The position numbers and the translations under genes were made by a program. Shown here in pieces: positions 20,987 to 30,252 of a stretch of 64,000 bases of DNA. A model generated the notes under the pieces. It saw only the letters and a program-made list of their open reading frames with translations. It searched no databases and was not told where the DNA came from. The stretch spans positions 260,396 through 324,395 of the forward strand of contig OY970378.1 in assembly GCA_963718875.1 (NCBI GenBank). The letters run 5' to 3'. How positions within the stretch are numbered: the stretch's first letter is position 1; every line of letters begins with the position of its first letter. The stretch is from Candidatus Parcubacteria bacterium (lineage in GTDB: Bacteria; Patescibacteriota; Saccharimonadia; UBA4664; JBIOIQ01).

Positions 20987-21078
20987 GCACTAGGTCGCCA
21001 CAAGGGCAGCTGTTGTGCTGTCGCCGTGGCGGCTCATTGAAGGTTTGGTATTCGCGGCGGACCGCACAGTTGGTTGAT
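20987..21078 (-). repeat. Shared gene-tail plus hairpin module D (copy 1)
   Basis: 92-bp homology with 26288-26379. Confidence 0.85.
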
Positions 21079-21486
21079 CAGCGACCGGTAGTGAGGAGCA
21101 TGGAGCTGCGGTCTGCTGTGGCATCCAAAACAGCTTCTGTAATTTGCTCGAGTGTGGCAGGAAAAGGCGGAGGAGGGCCGTGGCCGTCGATTGCTTCCTG
21201 TGGCTCGAGTGGGGCGTAGTTGAATCATCGGTATTTGACTGTTGCCAAACCTGACGGCTCTAGCTACCCACCAGATGTCCGGCTGCTCAAAGAGCTGAAC
21301 CCGTACATTGGCTCCGGTTGGTATTTGGTGTGTGTCGCGATGGGGCGCTTGCGTTCTGACTTGAATGCCGAGACTGCCATCAGCCAGATGCAGGCAGACA
21401 TCGAACCAGCACACAGTTTCAGCTGGCTCTTCAAGCAGACGGCCAGCCATGGTTGAGCTACTGAAGAACTTTTGGTAATCCGGCAT
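21034..21486 (-). CDS. GC-rich orphan hypothetical protein
   Basis: AAAGGAG SD before ATG 21486; C-terminus INQLCGPPRIPNLQ shared with 26335-26514. Confidence 0.55.
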   Translation of the reverse strand: MPDYQKFFSSSTMAGRLLEEPAETVCWFDVCLHLADGSLGIQVRTQAPHRDTHQIPTGANVRVQLFEQPDIWWVARAVRFGNSQIPMIQLRPTRATGSNRRPRPSSAFSCHTRANYRSCFGCHSRPQLHAPHYRSLINQLCGPPRIPNLQ

Positions 21487-21531
21487 ACGAATACGCTCCT
21501 TTGGGACAGACCAAAACACTTACGAGGTCTA

Positions 21532-21586
21532 GTATATTTTGCTACAAACTTGAGCTCAATTCAAGCATGAGCAATTTAGTTGTTCA
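21532..21586 (-). promoter_or_regulatory. Shared promoter module C
   Basis: GTATATTTTGCTACAAA...CAAGCATGAGCAATTTAGTTGTTCA; repeats at 27316-27370, 39304-39332 and 37976-38001. Confidence 0.75.
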
Positions 21587-21755
21587 TTTTCCGACAAAAC
21601 TTTTGAAGCTTAAAAAATATAAGATTAATGCTTGAAGCGAAAATCATAGTCGCAAGTATTCTCTTAACCCATACCATTCCGTTTTTTGGAGCAAGGCTAG
21701 CGCTGATATAGCCGCCAATTATTGAACCTAACGATAGGTTGAAGGCTGATAGGTG
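21576..21755 (-). pseudogene. C-terminal remnant of TSUP/TauE-like transporter
   Basis: Startless frame LSLGSIIGGYISASLAPKNGMVWVKRILATMIFASSINLI directly after the hemH stop. Confidence 0.5.
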
Positions 21756-21757
21756 GG

Positions 21758-22708
21758 TTAACTAACAATTTTCAAATGATTATTTATAACTAAATCAGCT
21801 AAAGCCTTGATAAATAAGAGGTCAACATTGGGGAGCTCTATTCGATGGTAGCCGATGTTTGCGTTGCTGGCTTGTTCCGCCGCTGCGATGTCGAGGTCAT
21901 ACAGCACCTCGAGATGATCGGACAAAAATTGGATTGGTACAACTAATACAGCTGGAACCTCTTGCGCGCTAAGTGTGTTTAAAACATCTTGTAGATCTGG
22001 CTTTAGCCATTCTTCCGGTGTGTGACCAGCACTTTGATATGCCGCCACCCAGTCGTCGTCATCAAGGCCAGCCTTCCTAACAATAGCCGCAATGGTTTGC
22101 CGTAACTGTTGCAAATACCCCGGATCACGTTTTACTACACTCTTGGGTAAACTGTGGGTGCTAAAGATTATGGGAACTGGCCCCGCGTAACGAGCTGCCA
22201 GTTCTGCTCGAGATGAGACTAATCGCTCAGATAGCAGTTGGATAAATTTTGGCTGATTTGGCCAAGGTCCAATTACCTGGTAATCCTTGATTCCGGCCTC
22301 GGCCGCCGCATGGGCTAAAGCTTGTTCGTAGCCGCTCATTATGATGCTCGAATACTGCGGAGACAGTAATAAGCCAATAACTTTTGTACAGCCGGCTTGG
22401 GCTAAGTTGATTACGGCATTATCGATATAAGGGGCAGAGTGCAGCATGCCGGCTTTAACAATGTAGGCATTTTGCCCGCATCGCTTTTTTAGCTCAAGTT
22501 CAAGGGCGTGGGCCTGTGCTGTAGTTATCTCAACGAGAGGTGATGATCTGATAAGGTCAAACCGCCGCTTGAATTCGTTGATTACACTTGCAGGAGGCGT
22601 AATGCGATAAACGTGGGTCAAAAAATCAGGCACATCACGGGCGGTGGTGGCCGAGCCGTAGGTCATCATTACCACCCCAATCGGGCTAGACTCAGTGGGT
22701 GTGGACAT
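21758..22708 (-). CDS. hemH: Ferrochelatase (probably coproporphyrin type)
   Basis: MTYGS, SPL, FSTHSLP, YQSAG..PEEWLKP and FLSDHLEVLYDLD motifs. Confidence 0.93.
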   Translation of the reverse strand: MSTPTESSPIGVVMMTYGSATTARDVPDFLTHVYRITPPASVINEFKRRFDLIRSSPLVEITTAQAHALELELKKRCGQNAYIVKAGMLHSAPYIDNAVINLAQAGCTKVIGLLLSPQYSSIIMSGYEQALAHAAAEAGIKDYQVIGPWPNQPKFIQLLSERLVSSRAELAARYAGPVPIIFSTHSLPKSVVKRDPGYLQQLRQTIAAIVRKAGLDDDDWVAAYQSAGHTPEEWLKPDLQDVLNTLSAQEVPAVLVVPIQFLSDHLEVLYDLDIAAAEQASNANIGYHRIELPNVDLLFIKALADLVINNHLKIVS

Positions 22709-23717
22709 AGTCGACGAGTCGTTTTAGCATCTCAGGTTCAGCCTGCTTGTAAACGCCATGGCCCAGATTAAAAATGTAGCCGTTGCGGGAGCTGAGCGAG
22801 GCGAGTATTTGATCAGTCTTAGCCGTGATTGTGGCGAAACTGCTTGTAAGTACGGCTGGATCCAGATTGCCTTGGATAGCTTTAGTACCTGCAAATAATT
22901 TTTGGGCCGCATCAATATCTACGCGCCAATCAAGGCCTACTACTTCACAGTCAACAGATGCAAAGTCGTTCAGAATTGACCCGGTGTCGGTACCAAAAAT
23001 AATCCGCGGCACCTTACATCTGGCCAGCGCGTCCATGATCCGGCGGTTATATGGTAAGACATTTTCCCGAAAATCGGCTCCCGATAAGCAGCCCACCCAA
23101 CTGTCGAATAATTGGAGAGCTTGTGCTCCGGCTTTGACTTGTTCCTCGAGGTAAAAAATTATACTGGAAGTGAGCTTTTCCATAAGTTGGCTCCATAGTT
23201 TTGGCTGGTTGTACATAAATTGCTTGGTCGCAAACCAGTCTCTGGTAGGTTTACCTTCAATCAGATAGCTAGCTAGGGTAAACGGCGCCCCTGAAAAGCC
23301 AATCAATGGGACGGTTAGCTCGCGCCTCACTAGCTTGATAGTCTGCGTTAGGTAATCAATTTCGCTGGAGCCAAAATTTTGCATAGCCTCAATATCTCTT
23401 TTATTCCGTATCGGATGGTTAATTATCGGGCCGACCAAATCCACAATCTTCACATCAACGCCCATGGCAATCGGCACCAGCATTATATCGGCAAACAAAA
23501 TGGCAGCATCTACCCCTAAATAATCGACCGGCTGCATAGTGATCTGGGCAGCTAGCTCCGGAGTTTGGGTTAGGGTTAGCATCTCGTATTTCTCGCGCAA
23601 CTTGCGATATTCGGGCATGTAACGTCCCGCCTGGCGCATAAACCAAACTGGCGTATAATCGGTCGATTCCCGGCGGCACGCCCGCAAAAAAGTATCGTTA
23701 AATGTGGCTACAGGCAT
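22692..23717 (-). CDS. hemE: Uroporphyrinogen decarboxylase
   Basis: PVWFMRQAGRYMPEY, DAAILFADI, QGNLDP and IFNLGHG motifs. Confidence 0.96.
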   Translation of the reverse strand: MPVATFNDTFLRACRRESTDYTPVWFMRQAGRYMPEYRKLREKYEMLTLTQTPELAAQITMQPVDYLGVDAAILFADIMLVPIAMGVDVKIVDLVGPIINHPIRNKRDIEAMQNFGSSEIDYLTQTIKLVRRELTVPLIGFSGAPFTLASYLIEGKPTRDWFATKQFMYNQPKLWSQLMEKLTSSIIFYLEEQVKAGAQALQLFDSWVGCLSGADFRENVLPYNRRIMDALARCKVPRIIFGTDTGSILNDFASVDCEVVGLDWRVDIDAAQKLFAGTKAIQGNLDPAVLTSSFATITAKTDQILASLSSRNGYIFNLGHGVYKQAEPEMLKRLVDYVHTH

Positions 23718-24376
23718 TCGAGCAACTCGACGATTGGCTTATAGATGCAGGTAAATGTGGGCTGGTCATTCTCGGTATAGCGTCGCACCTCAGTTGAGCG
23801 TAGAGCTATCACCAAATCCTGGAACTCTTCTAAGCTTGGCGCCTCATATGAAACGATAAATTCTTGGTCATCCACTCCATAGCTATAAAGTAAACACTGT
23901 CGAACGGTAGGATGCTTTATGCCAACCATAATGTGGGCTTTCATCAGGGCGGCCCGGGTCTCGAAACTAAGAAAGTACCAATCAATAGTTTTGGTAAATG
24001 GGTAAATTATAAGATACGACAGCGGTTGGCCAGGCTTAATAACTTGTTCGGGTGCCTGGGGGGTGCGGCTGTATTGCGACTGACGGATCATGCCAAACAT
24101 AGTTCGGTTGAGTTTAAGCCACTGACCCAGTTTAGTTTTCCATAAACTCTTGAGCAGCGCTTGAACAGCTTCGGGTTGGTCGCTACGGCACCAAAACACC
24201 AGATCACTATCCGGTTTAAAGCCGCGCGAGAGATAGGCGGTTACGCTAATGCTTTTTTGACCCTGGAACCATTTAACAAAGTCGGCTTTTATCACGATTT
24301 GTTCTTTATCTGGCAAACCATAAAATTTCGGCTTAAGTTTAAAGAACAGATAGTGGTGGTAAGGTTGCTTTTCCAT
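23708..24376 (-). CDS. chdC: Chlorite dismutase-family protein, likely coproheme decarboxylase (ChdC/HemQ)
   Basis: YPFTKTIDWY...R..LM.AH..VG...SYGVDDQEFIV; located inside a hem operon. Confidence 0.8.
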   Translation of the reverse strand: MEKQPYHHYLFFKLKPKFYGLPDKEQIVIKADFVKWFQGQKSISVTAYLSRGFKPDSDLVFWCRSDQPEAVQALLKSLWKTKLGQWLKLNRTMFGMIRQSQYSRTPQAPEQVIKPGQPLSYLIIYPFTKTIDWYFLSFETRAALMKAHIMVGIKHPTVRQCLLYSYGVDDQEFIVSYEAPSLEEFQDLVIALRSTEVRRYTENDQPTFTCIYKPIVELLECL

Positions 24377-24405
24377 ACTTATTTATACTAGCAGAATTAA
24401 TTCAG

Positions 24406-24577
24406 ATTAGACCTCTTTCCAAACCCCCTCAAAAAATCCGAAAACCCGTTTTAGTTGCAATATAGTGGCTTTCTTACGACAAGAGATAGCCATAGTGCTA
24501 CCTTGAGAAGTAAAAAGCCGATAGATTGCCCTATAAACGAGTTTGCAAAGACGGGAGGGTTTGGAAAGAGGTCTAAT
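24406..24577. mobile_element. ~170-bp MITE with perfect 21-bp terminal inverted repeats
   Basis: ATTAGACCTCTTTCCAAACCC (24406-24426) and GGGTTTGGAAAGAGGTCTAAT (24557-24577); no credible coding content. Confidence 0.8.
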
Positions 24578-25325
24578 AGTTCAGCTGGTCTATCAGCCCT
24601 ATTATGTCAGGTTTGGCTGCAGTGCGGATATGGTTAAATCCAGCGGTTGAAAGTTGACTAGCTATGTGCGGTCCAATCGCTATTACGGGTAGGCTTTGAG
24701 CATGTCCGATGCTTTTATCTTGTTGCAAGCGAAGCTTAAATCCGGCCAAGGCGGAAGGACTGGCAAAGACGATGGCGCCGATTCCGCCGGTATTTAGTAG
24801 CTGGTTAAAACCTAGGTCGGGCGCGGTTATGAGCTTAGTTTTATACACTGCCACGCCGGTTAATTTAGCTGAGCGGGCTAACAGGTTCTGGATTGGTTCT
24901 TTTGGAGCAATATCGGCATGCAGCCAGAGTACTTTTTGGTTTGCGACATCAGGAAGTTCACGGGCTAGCGTCATACTATCGGCCTGGGAGGGGACAAATG
25001 AGACTGCTAGACCAAGCGCCCTAACATGGGTAGCGGTTTGGTTGCCAACAACGGCAATTTTTATTTCATTCATAATACTAATATCAATTTTGAGCTCATC
25101 TAGAAGATTTTTGAGCTGTTTAACCCCGGTCGAACTGGTAAGAATTAACCAGTCGTACGCGCTGATTCGTTCTATTAATGTACGGAGATGGGGGGTAGTC
25201 TCCATTGGGATCATCTGGATACAGGGTAATTCGTAGGGAATGTACCCTTGATCTGCTAATGTAGACGCCCACAATTTATTACCTTCTTGGTCGCGGGTGA
25301 GAACAATGAATTGACCAGTTTTCAT
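24573..25325 (-). CDS. hemD: Uroporphyrinogen-III synthase
   Basis: VLTR, YDWLILTSSTGV, AVVGNQTA, FASPSA and AIGP motifs; overlaps the hemC stop. Confidence 0.9.
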   Translation of the reverse strand: MKTGQFIVLTRDQEGNKLWASTLADQGYIPYELPCIQMIPMETTPHLRTLIERISAYDWLILTSSTGVKQLKNLLDELKIDISIMNEIKIAVVGNQTATHVRALGLAVSFVPSQADSMTLARELPDVANQKVLWLHADIAPKEPIQNLLARSAKLTGVAVYKTKLITAPDLGFNQLLNTGGIGAIVFASPSALAGFKLRLQQDKSIGHAQSLPVIAIGPHIASQLSTAGFNHIRTAAKPDIIGLIDQLNY

Positions 25326-26257
25326 CCTGTCTCAGTCATGATATCGAGCTGCAAGCTAAAATCGCATTTTTTAAGTATTTTGCGCGCCAAATTTTTGGCC
25401 AGATCTAGAGATTGGCTTGTTGAGCCCGCTATTGAGTCTTTAAGTATGATCTTGCCGTCGCCAGAGGCGATCATGCCATACAGTTGTATACTTGTTCCCG
25501 TAATTTTGCCGTAACAGCCAATGGGTAATTTGCAGCCGCCGCCAATGGTTAATGAAAACTGGCGCTCGGCCATGACGGCTTGGTTGGTTTGTTGGTCCTG
25601 AATGTCATTAAGATATTTGGCCAGCTGCGAGTCATCACGGCGGATTTCGACCGCCAGTGCACCTTGCCCAACGGCGGGAACATATTTGAGAGGGTCAAAA
25701 AATTCAGTGACCTCACTTATTCTACCCAGCCGGGCAATTCCGGCCGCGGCAATAACGATAGCGTCGTAATTTTCCTCGCGGAGTTTGCGAAGTCGGGTGT
25801 CAACGTTACCGCGAATGCTTTTAACAACCAAATCAGGTCTACTTGCCAACACCTGGACCTGTCGCCGTCGGCTGTCGGTGCCTATAACTGAGCCTGGTGA
25901 CAGTTGTGCCAGCGTTTTGCCATCGGCTGATATCAGGACATCGCGTGGATCATCGCGCTTCAAAGCTGAGGTTAGCAGCAGGCGCTCATTAATTTCTATC
26001 GGCATATCTTTTAGGCTGTGTACGGCCAAATCGATTTGTTTTTCCAGCAAGGCATTTTCAATCTCGGCCGTAAACCAGGCCTTACCTACAACTCGCTCGG
26101 GAATAGGGCCAGGAAAGGTGTCACCGGCAGTTTTTATAATTACAATTTCAATGTTGAGCTCAGGATGGAGCTTGGTAAGTGATTGGGCAATGAGGTTTGT
26201 TTGTATCTGAGCAAGGTTGCTGCCACGGGTCCCAATTCTAATAGTTTGCGCAGTCAT
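25322..26257 (-). CDS. hemC: Hydroxymethylbilane synthase (porphobilinogen deaminase)
   Basis: IGTRGSNLA, DLAVHSLKDMP, IRGNVDTRL and GGGCKLPIG motifs. Confidence 0.96.
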   Translation of the reverse strand: MTAQTIRIGTRGSNLAQIQTNLIAQSLTKLHPELNIEIVIIKTAGDTFPGPIPERVVGKAWFTAEIENALLEKQIDLAVHSLKDMPIEINERLLLTSALKRDDPRDVLISADGKTLAQLSPGSVIGTDSRRRQVQVLASRPDLVVKSIRGNVDTRLRKLREENYDAIVIAAAGIARLGRISEVTEFFDPLKYVPAVGQGALAVEIRRDDSQLAKYLNDIQDQQTNQAVMAERQFSLTIGGGCKLPIGCYGKITGTSIQLYGMIASGDGKIILKDSIAGSTSQSLDLAKNLARKILKKCDFSLQLDIMTETG

Positions 26258-26287
26258 GTTGCTATCGTAGCATTTAGCCCCATAAAT

Positions 26288-26379
26288 GCACTAGGCCGCC
26301 ACAAGGGCAGCTGTTGTGCTGTCGCCGTGGCGGCTCATTGGGAGGTTGGGATTCGGTTTGGCCCGCAGAGTTGGTTGAT
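26288..26379 (-). repeat. Shared gene-tail plus hairpin module D (copy 2)
   Basis: Matches 20987-21078. Confidence 0.85.
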
Positions 26380-26514
26380 TCGAGCTTGAGCTTGAGGATC
26401 TGGGAGTCTTGCTTCGGCTTCAACCACTTCTTGCTGATTGTGGTGGGATAGCCAGCCCTGCTGAACTCGTGCTAGCTGCGCTAGCTTCGCGTCCCTGAAC
26501 GGTGGGTTCATCAT
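26335..26514 (-). CDS. 59-aa orphan protein
   Basis: GAGGAG SD; MMNPPFRDAKL...RINQLCGPNRIPTSQ. Confidence 0.6.
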   Translation of the reverse strand: MMNPPFRDAKLAQLARVQQGWLSHHNQQEVVEAEARLPDPQAQARINQLCGPNRIPTSQ

Positions 26515-26533
26515 TGCTACTCCTCTCGTGTGC

Positions 26534-26748
26534 TTAGCGCCCGGTGGCTTCGTGGGTGATGTCGTCCTCGCCCTTGATGACATTGATCACGATGGCCAGG
26601 AGAAATAGCCCCACAAACCTTGGAACCAGAATGCTTCTGATGACGCTCGCTCCGTCTTCACGGTTAAAGATGTATCCATGTATAGGAAGCCGAGTACGAC
26701 TACCGACGCGAGCCCGACAGAAGCAATTACAAAGATGTTCTCTAGCAT
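26534..26748 (-). pseudogene. Probable frameshifted 2-TM small membrane protein
   Basis: MLENIFVIASVGLASVVVLGFL continues in another frame as HGYIFNREDGASVIRSILVPRFVGLFLLAIVINVIKG...*. Confidence 0.4.
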
Positions 26749-26822
26749 TGAAACTCCTGGGATCGAAGGGATGCCTAAATGGTAATCCAAGTCGAGGTTA
26801 ATCGCTAGTATTAATTAGCTTT

Positions 26823-26887
26823 TTATAAAGTGAAAACCCCGCTGGATGCGAGGCTCACCATTACAGTGATGCTCGCCCCCAGCGGGG
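26823..26887 (-). repeat. Shared bulged-hairpin module E
   Basis: TTATAAAGTGAAAACCCCGCTGG.TGCGAGGCTCAC...GCGGGG; also at 38402-38465, diverged at 44749-44815. Confidence 0.75.
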
Positions 26888-26902
26888 CAGTTGGTAGGAC
26901 GC

Positions 26903-27277
26903 CTATGAGGTAGCGGAGATGTAGTTGAGGATGACCAGGATGGTGACTTCAAAAGCTTCGAAGTACTTCTCCAGGGCTACCTGCATTTCAAGTCGCAGCT
27001 TCTCTAGCAGTCCCGGCGTCAACTCGAAGCCCCAGGTCGTGACGGTGGTGACGATGTCGATGGGTATCGAGCCGCTGACCGCGATGGAGTCTGTCTTGAC
27101 GTTCTTGCCGACGACGAGGGGCTTGTCGAGAATGGGGCTGTAGAGGTTTGCCAGCACCCCTTCAAACCATCTTGTGTAGGCTTGCAGCTGGCGATCAGCT
27201 ACCCAGCTCGCGTTGTGGTTGATCGTAACTATGGCATCTCTGCCACTGTCACTAATGATGTGGCTTATACGAGGCAT
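26903..27277 (-). CDS. GC-rich orphan hypothetical protein
   Basis: 124-aa ORF behind promoter module C; its 3' 150 bp is duplicated at 37216-37365. Confidence 0.7.
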   Translation of the reverse strand: MPRISHIISDSGRDAIVTINHNASWVADRQLQAYTRWFEGVLANLYSPILDKPLVVGKNVKTDSIAVSGSIPIDIVTTVTTWGFELTPGLLEKLRLEMQVALEKYFEAFEVTILVILNYISATS

Positions 27278-27376
27278 GCCGCCTACTTTCGGGTGGAGGA
27301 CGGAAACAAGATCCGGTATATTTTGCTACAAAAGTAAGCTCAATGCAAGCATGAGCAATTTAGTTGTTCAGTAACA

Positions 27377-27449
27377 TAACCGAGATATGTTTGACAAAAT
27401 GTGTGTATTGTGATAAAATGAAGCCATTCTGACGAAAGTCAGCGCTCCT
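27377..27449 (+). promoter_or_regulatory. Shared promoter/leader module B (TTGACA-17-TAAAAT plus CTGAC-GAAA-GTCAG hairpin)
   Basis: Second copy at 42221-42293. Confidence 0.85.
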
Positions 27450-27545
27450 TATGTGCAGTTGGATCTTTCGTGTTTGTTGGTGCCTAATTGGTTTCACTAG
27501 GTGAAGCTGGCTATGCATCAGCAATCGACAACGAAAGGAAAGCTC

Positions 27546-27965
27546 ATGTCCGTAGCAACTGACCGCAAGAGTGCCCGCCAGATGGAGTTCAAGTCGCATG
27601 GCGTGGACCAGCTTCTGGCTGCTCTGAACCTGTTCTTCGGTGAGGGAGCCAGGGAGGTCTACTGGTGCGTCGACGACAAGGGCTACCACCTAGCTCACAG
27701 GTACGAAGGCAGATCGTTCATCCCTCGGGGGGCATGGGTATCTAACACGCCCATATCCGCTCATCTTCCTGCCATTGCCTTCGACATCATCAGGTGGCTC
27801 GACAGCCTTGGCTTCGACAAGAAGCGTGAGATCTGTGGTTCTTGGCCGACAGAAGCCGCCTACACCCGTGATCCGGGTCTGGACTTGGTCGGCTTCCGCA
27901 TCACCAGCGACCGTTCGCTGGATGGAGAGAACTACATGCTCACCATCGTGCCTGCGTGGGTGTAG
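27546..27965 (+). CDS. GC-rich orphan hypothetical protein (cassette)
   Basis: GAAAGGA SD; lies between modules B and A. Confidence 0.7.
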   Translation: MSVATDRKSARQMEFKSHGVDQLLAALNLFFGEGAREVYWCVDDKGYHLAHRYEGRSFIPRGAWVSNTPISAHLPAIAFDIIRWLDSLGFDKKREICGSWPTEAAYTRDPGLDLVGFRITSDRSLDGENYMLTIVPAWV

Positions 27966-27996
27966 GGCGATCGCAATCCTCAAAGCCCTGTAACTA

Positions 27997-28072
27997 AGCC
28001 TCGCCGTTCACCTTAGGGTGGGCGGCGAGGCCGATTCCCAAGTTAATTTATATAAGTTGGTTTAGGAATCGA
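27997..28072 (+). repeat. Shared 3' hairpin module A (copy 1 of 5)
   Basis: GCCTCGCCGTTCACC-loop-GGTGGGCGGCGRGGC-CGATTCCCAAG; also at 43066, 47508, 48467 and 49074. Confidence 0.9.
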
Positions 28073-28118
28073 TAATGACTTTAGAACGAGCTCCTGAAAT
28101 GACATCCTTGATCGAAAC

Positions 28119-28628
28119 TCAACCACAGAATGACCCTTTGTAGGGAAAGCCGCCAATCTTTTCCTTCATACGAATACTTGCGGCTAAAGAAAAGTTAAGT
28201 TCATTGGTATAAGTAGTAATCTGTATATCCCAATCATTCTTTTTAATGGTGTAGCTGGCTGGATTAGGCCCAGGTGTAGATTTAATAACTCTTAAATTAG
28301 CTTTGGTGGCAGCGGACTTAAGTTCCTTAGCTTGCTTAGGTGAAATTTCTTTCGTATCGTGCCTTAAAGAATATCCTTCGAACGCATCCGTGGGACCACA
28401 ATCCGCACTTAAGTACCAATTATCTAGCTTTCCTATGCCGACAGTTATTAAAAGGCTATCAATTTCAATTATCTGTTTATTCGGGTCAGTGGTAGTGACT
28501 TTATCCTTATGTGGAGGCCCTGATATGTACCAAAGAGTAATACAAATAGCTATGATGCCAGTTAATACTAAAAGTATCTCGATAAGGCTAAAGCCCTTGT
28601 TGAATGTTGGCGCGAGCCTAACTTTCAT
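28119..28628 (-). CDS. Type IV pilin-like protein
   Basis: KGFSLIEILLVL prepilin cleavage/methylation motif. Confidence 0.8.
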   Translation of the reverse strand: MKVRLAPTFNKGFSLIEILLVLTGIIAICITLWYISGPPHKDKVTTTDPNKQIIEIDSLLITVGIGKLDNWYLSADCGPTDAFEGYSLRHDTKEISPKQAKELKSAATKANLRVIKSTPGPNPASYTIKKNDWDIQITTYTNELNFSLAASIRMKEKIGGFPYKGSFCG

Positions 28629-28783
28629 ATGTGTTGGATCATAACATAAATAAGCAGAGGTCTATTGAGCAGGCTAGAGTTCGCTTTTAGAGTGCACATT
28701 ACCAAATATAAACAAACAAGAATTATCTGATTTTGTTAGTTATAATACTTTATTATGTATTTTTGCAGGTATAAGCTTAAGCA

Positions 28784-29500
28784 ATGCTTGAGATACTGAA
28801 TGACATTCCTAGGCCTAATAAGCAGTTGCTCGACACAATTCGTGATATCAACATCCATGAGCATGTCTGTTTGCTTTATCGCGATAATGACGAAGGCTTG
28901 ATAACTGCCGGCGCGTTTATTCAGGCTGGATTCGGACAAAATGACCAGTGTGTGTATATAGCCGACGATAACTCTTTAACAGTAGTAATGGAGGCGCTTT
29001 CTAAGCGGGGTATCCATACTGAAACTACCCTGAAAACCCAACAACTCATATTTAGCTCCAAACAGGAAACATATCTTAAAGATGGATACTTTGATCCCGA
29101 CCGAGCCATAGCCTTCTTTGCTCAAGCGGCTCGTGACGCACAATCAAATAGCTTCCGGGCTATTCGTGGATGCGCCGAAATGACCTGGCAGCTCGGCGGA
29201 GAGCCAGGTACAGAACGACTTTTAGAATACGAGTCAAAGATGAATAAAGATTTATTTCCTAAAAATAGTGCGCTTGGGGTTTGCCAATATAATCTTAGTC
29301 GCTTTTCTCCGTCGATTATTCGCGAAGTTATCTATACCCATCCTGTGGTTATAATTGGGGGTTTAGTTTGTGTGAATCTTTATTACAAACCCCCTGAGAT
29401 TTATCGTCCAAACTTGTTCAACGGCAACGCTGAATTAGATGTAAGGCGCATGATCAAAGAAATTTTTGCATTTGCAAAAATTAGGTATGACTTGGTCTAG
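28784..29500 (+). CDS. Stand-alone MEDS domain sensor protein
   Basis: HEHVCLLY, GYFDPDR, EMTW, LLEYESKMN, CQYN and THP motifs. Confidence 0.85.
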   Translation: MLEILNDIPRPNKQLLDTIRDINIHEHVCLLYRDNDEGLITAGAFIQAGFGQNDQCVYIADDNSLTVVMEALSKRGIHTETTLKTQQLIFSSKQETYLKDGYFDPDRAIAFFAQAARDAQSNSFRAIRGCAEMTWQLGGEPGTERLLEYESKMNKDLFPKNSALGVCQYNLSRFSPSIIREVIYTHPVVIIGGLVCVNLYYKPPEIYRPNLFNGNAELDVRRMIKEIFAFAKIRYDLV

Positions 29501-29523
29501 TAGTCAGTGATATATTGGCGTGG

Positions 29524-30252
29524 TTACCTGCTTCGCCTAGTCGGACCTTCCTCAAGAATGCCCTGCAGGATGTTGGTTATTCGCTGGTTAGCATCGCGCA
29601 GTTCGGCCGTTCTGGCCTGAACCTTCTTCTCCAAGCTACTGCGGGCATCCTCTAGCTGCTGGATTGATCTGCGGTTGTGATTGGCTAGAATGGTGGTAAA
29701 TATGACCGCTATCAGCACTGGCCAGGTGTGCGCAAAGAGCGACAGGTCATTACGGCCATACTGGTAGACCCAGAACGGCGCAACGTAGTTTAGGATGCCG
29801 TGGTGGAGACCCACCAGCACCAGCATCAACCAGCCTAGTCGCCAGTCGGAGTAGATTAGCACCAGGGTGATCATGGCAAAGAAAAGAAAGTGCATTTCTA
29901 TGGCCCCACCGGCAATGAAGACCATTAGGTATGCGTAGATAGTAAGCGTTGAGGTAACCAGTAAGCGCCAGTAGTAATGGTTCTTGATCTTCCCGCGCGC
30001 CAGTGTGACCAGACAGGTGCTGAATAGCCCAAGTGCCAATGCGCCTAAGGCCTCGGCCGGGCTCATTATTCGCCAAGACAGAGGCGATGGATATTGGTTG
30101 GCAATCTTGGCTACCGCGGTCAGGAAAGCAAATAAGGCCAGGCTGCCAAAGCTCCACCAGTGAATCGTAACTATAAACTTATCCGCCCAAGGATAGTTCA
30201 TCTCCGTGGCATAATCTAGGTTGATATCTGATTTTATTTCTATCCACTTCAT
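29524..30252 (-). CDS. Multi-TM sensor module (MCP/HK input-like) without output domain
   Basis: GAIEMHFLFF, YSDWR and LHHG motifs; coiled coil LEKKVQARTAELRDAN, then stop. Confidence 0.75.
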   Translation of the reverse strand: MKWIEIKSDINLDYATEMNYPWADKFIVTIHWWSFGSLALFAFLTAVAKIANQYPSPLSWRIMSPAEALGALALGLFSTCLVTLARGKIKNHYYWRLLVTSTLTIYAYLMVFIAGGAIEMHFLFFAMITLVLIYSDWRLGWLMLVLVGLHHGILNYVAPFWVYQYGRNDLSLFAHTWPVLIAVIFTTILANHNRRSIQQLEDARSSLEKKVQARTAELRDANQRITNILQGILEEGPTRRSR

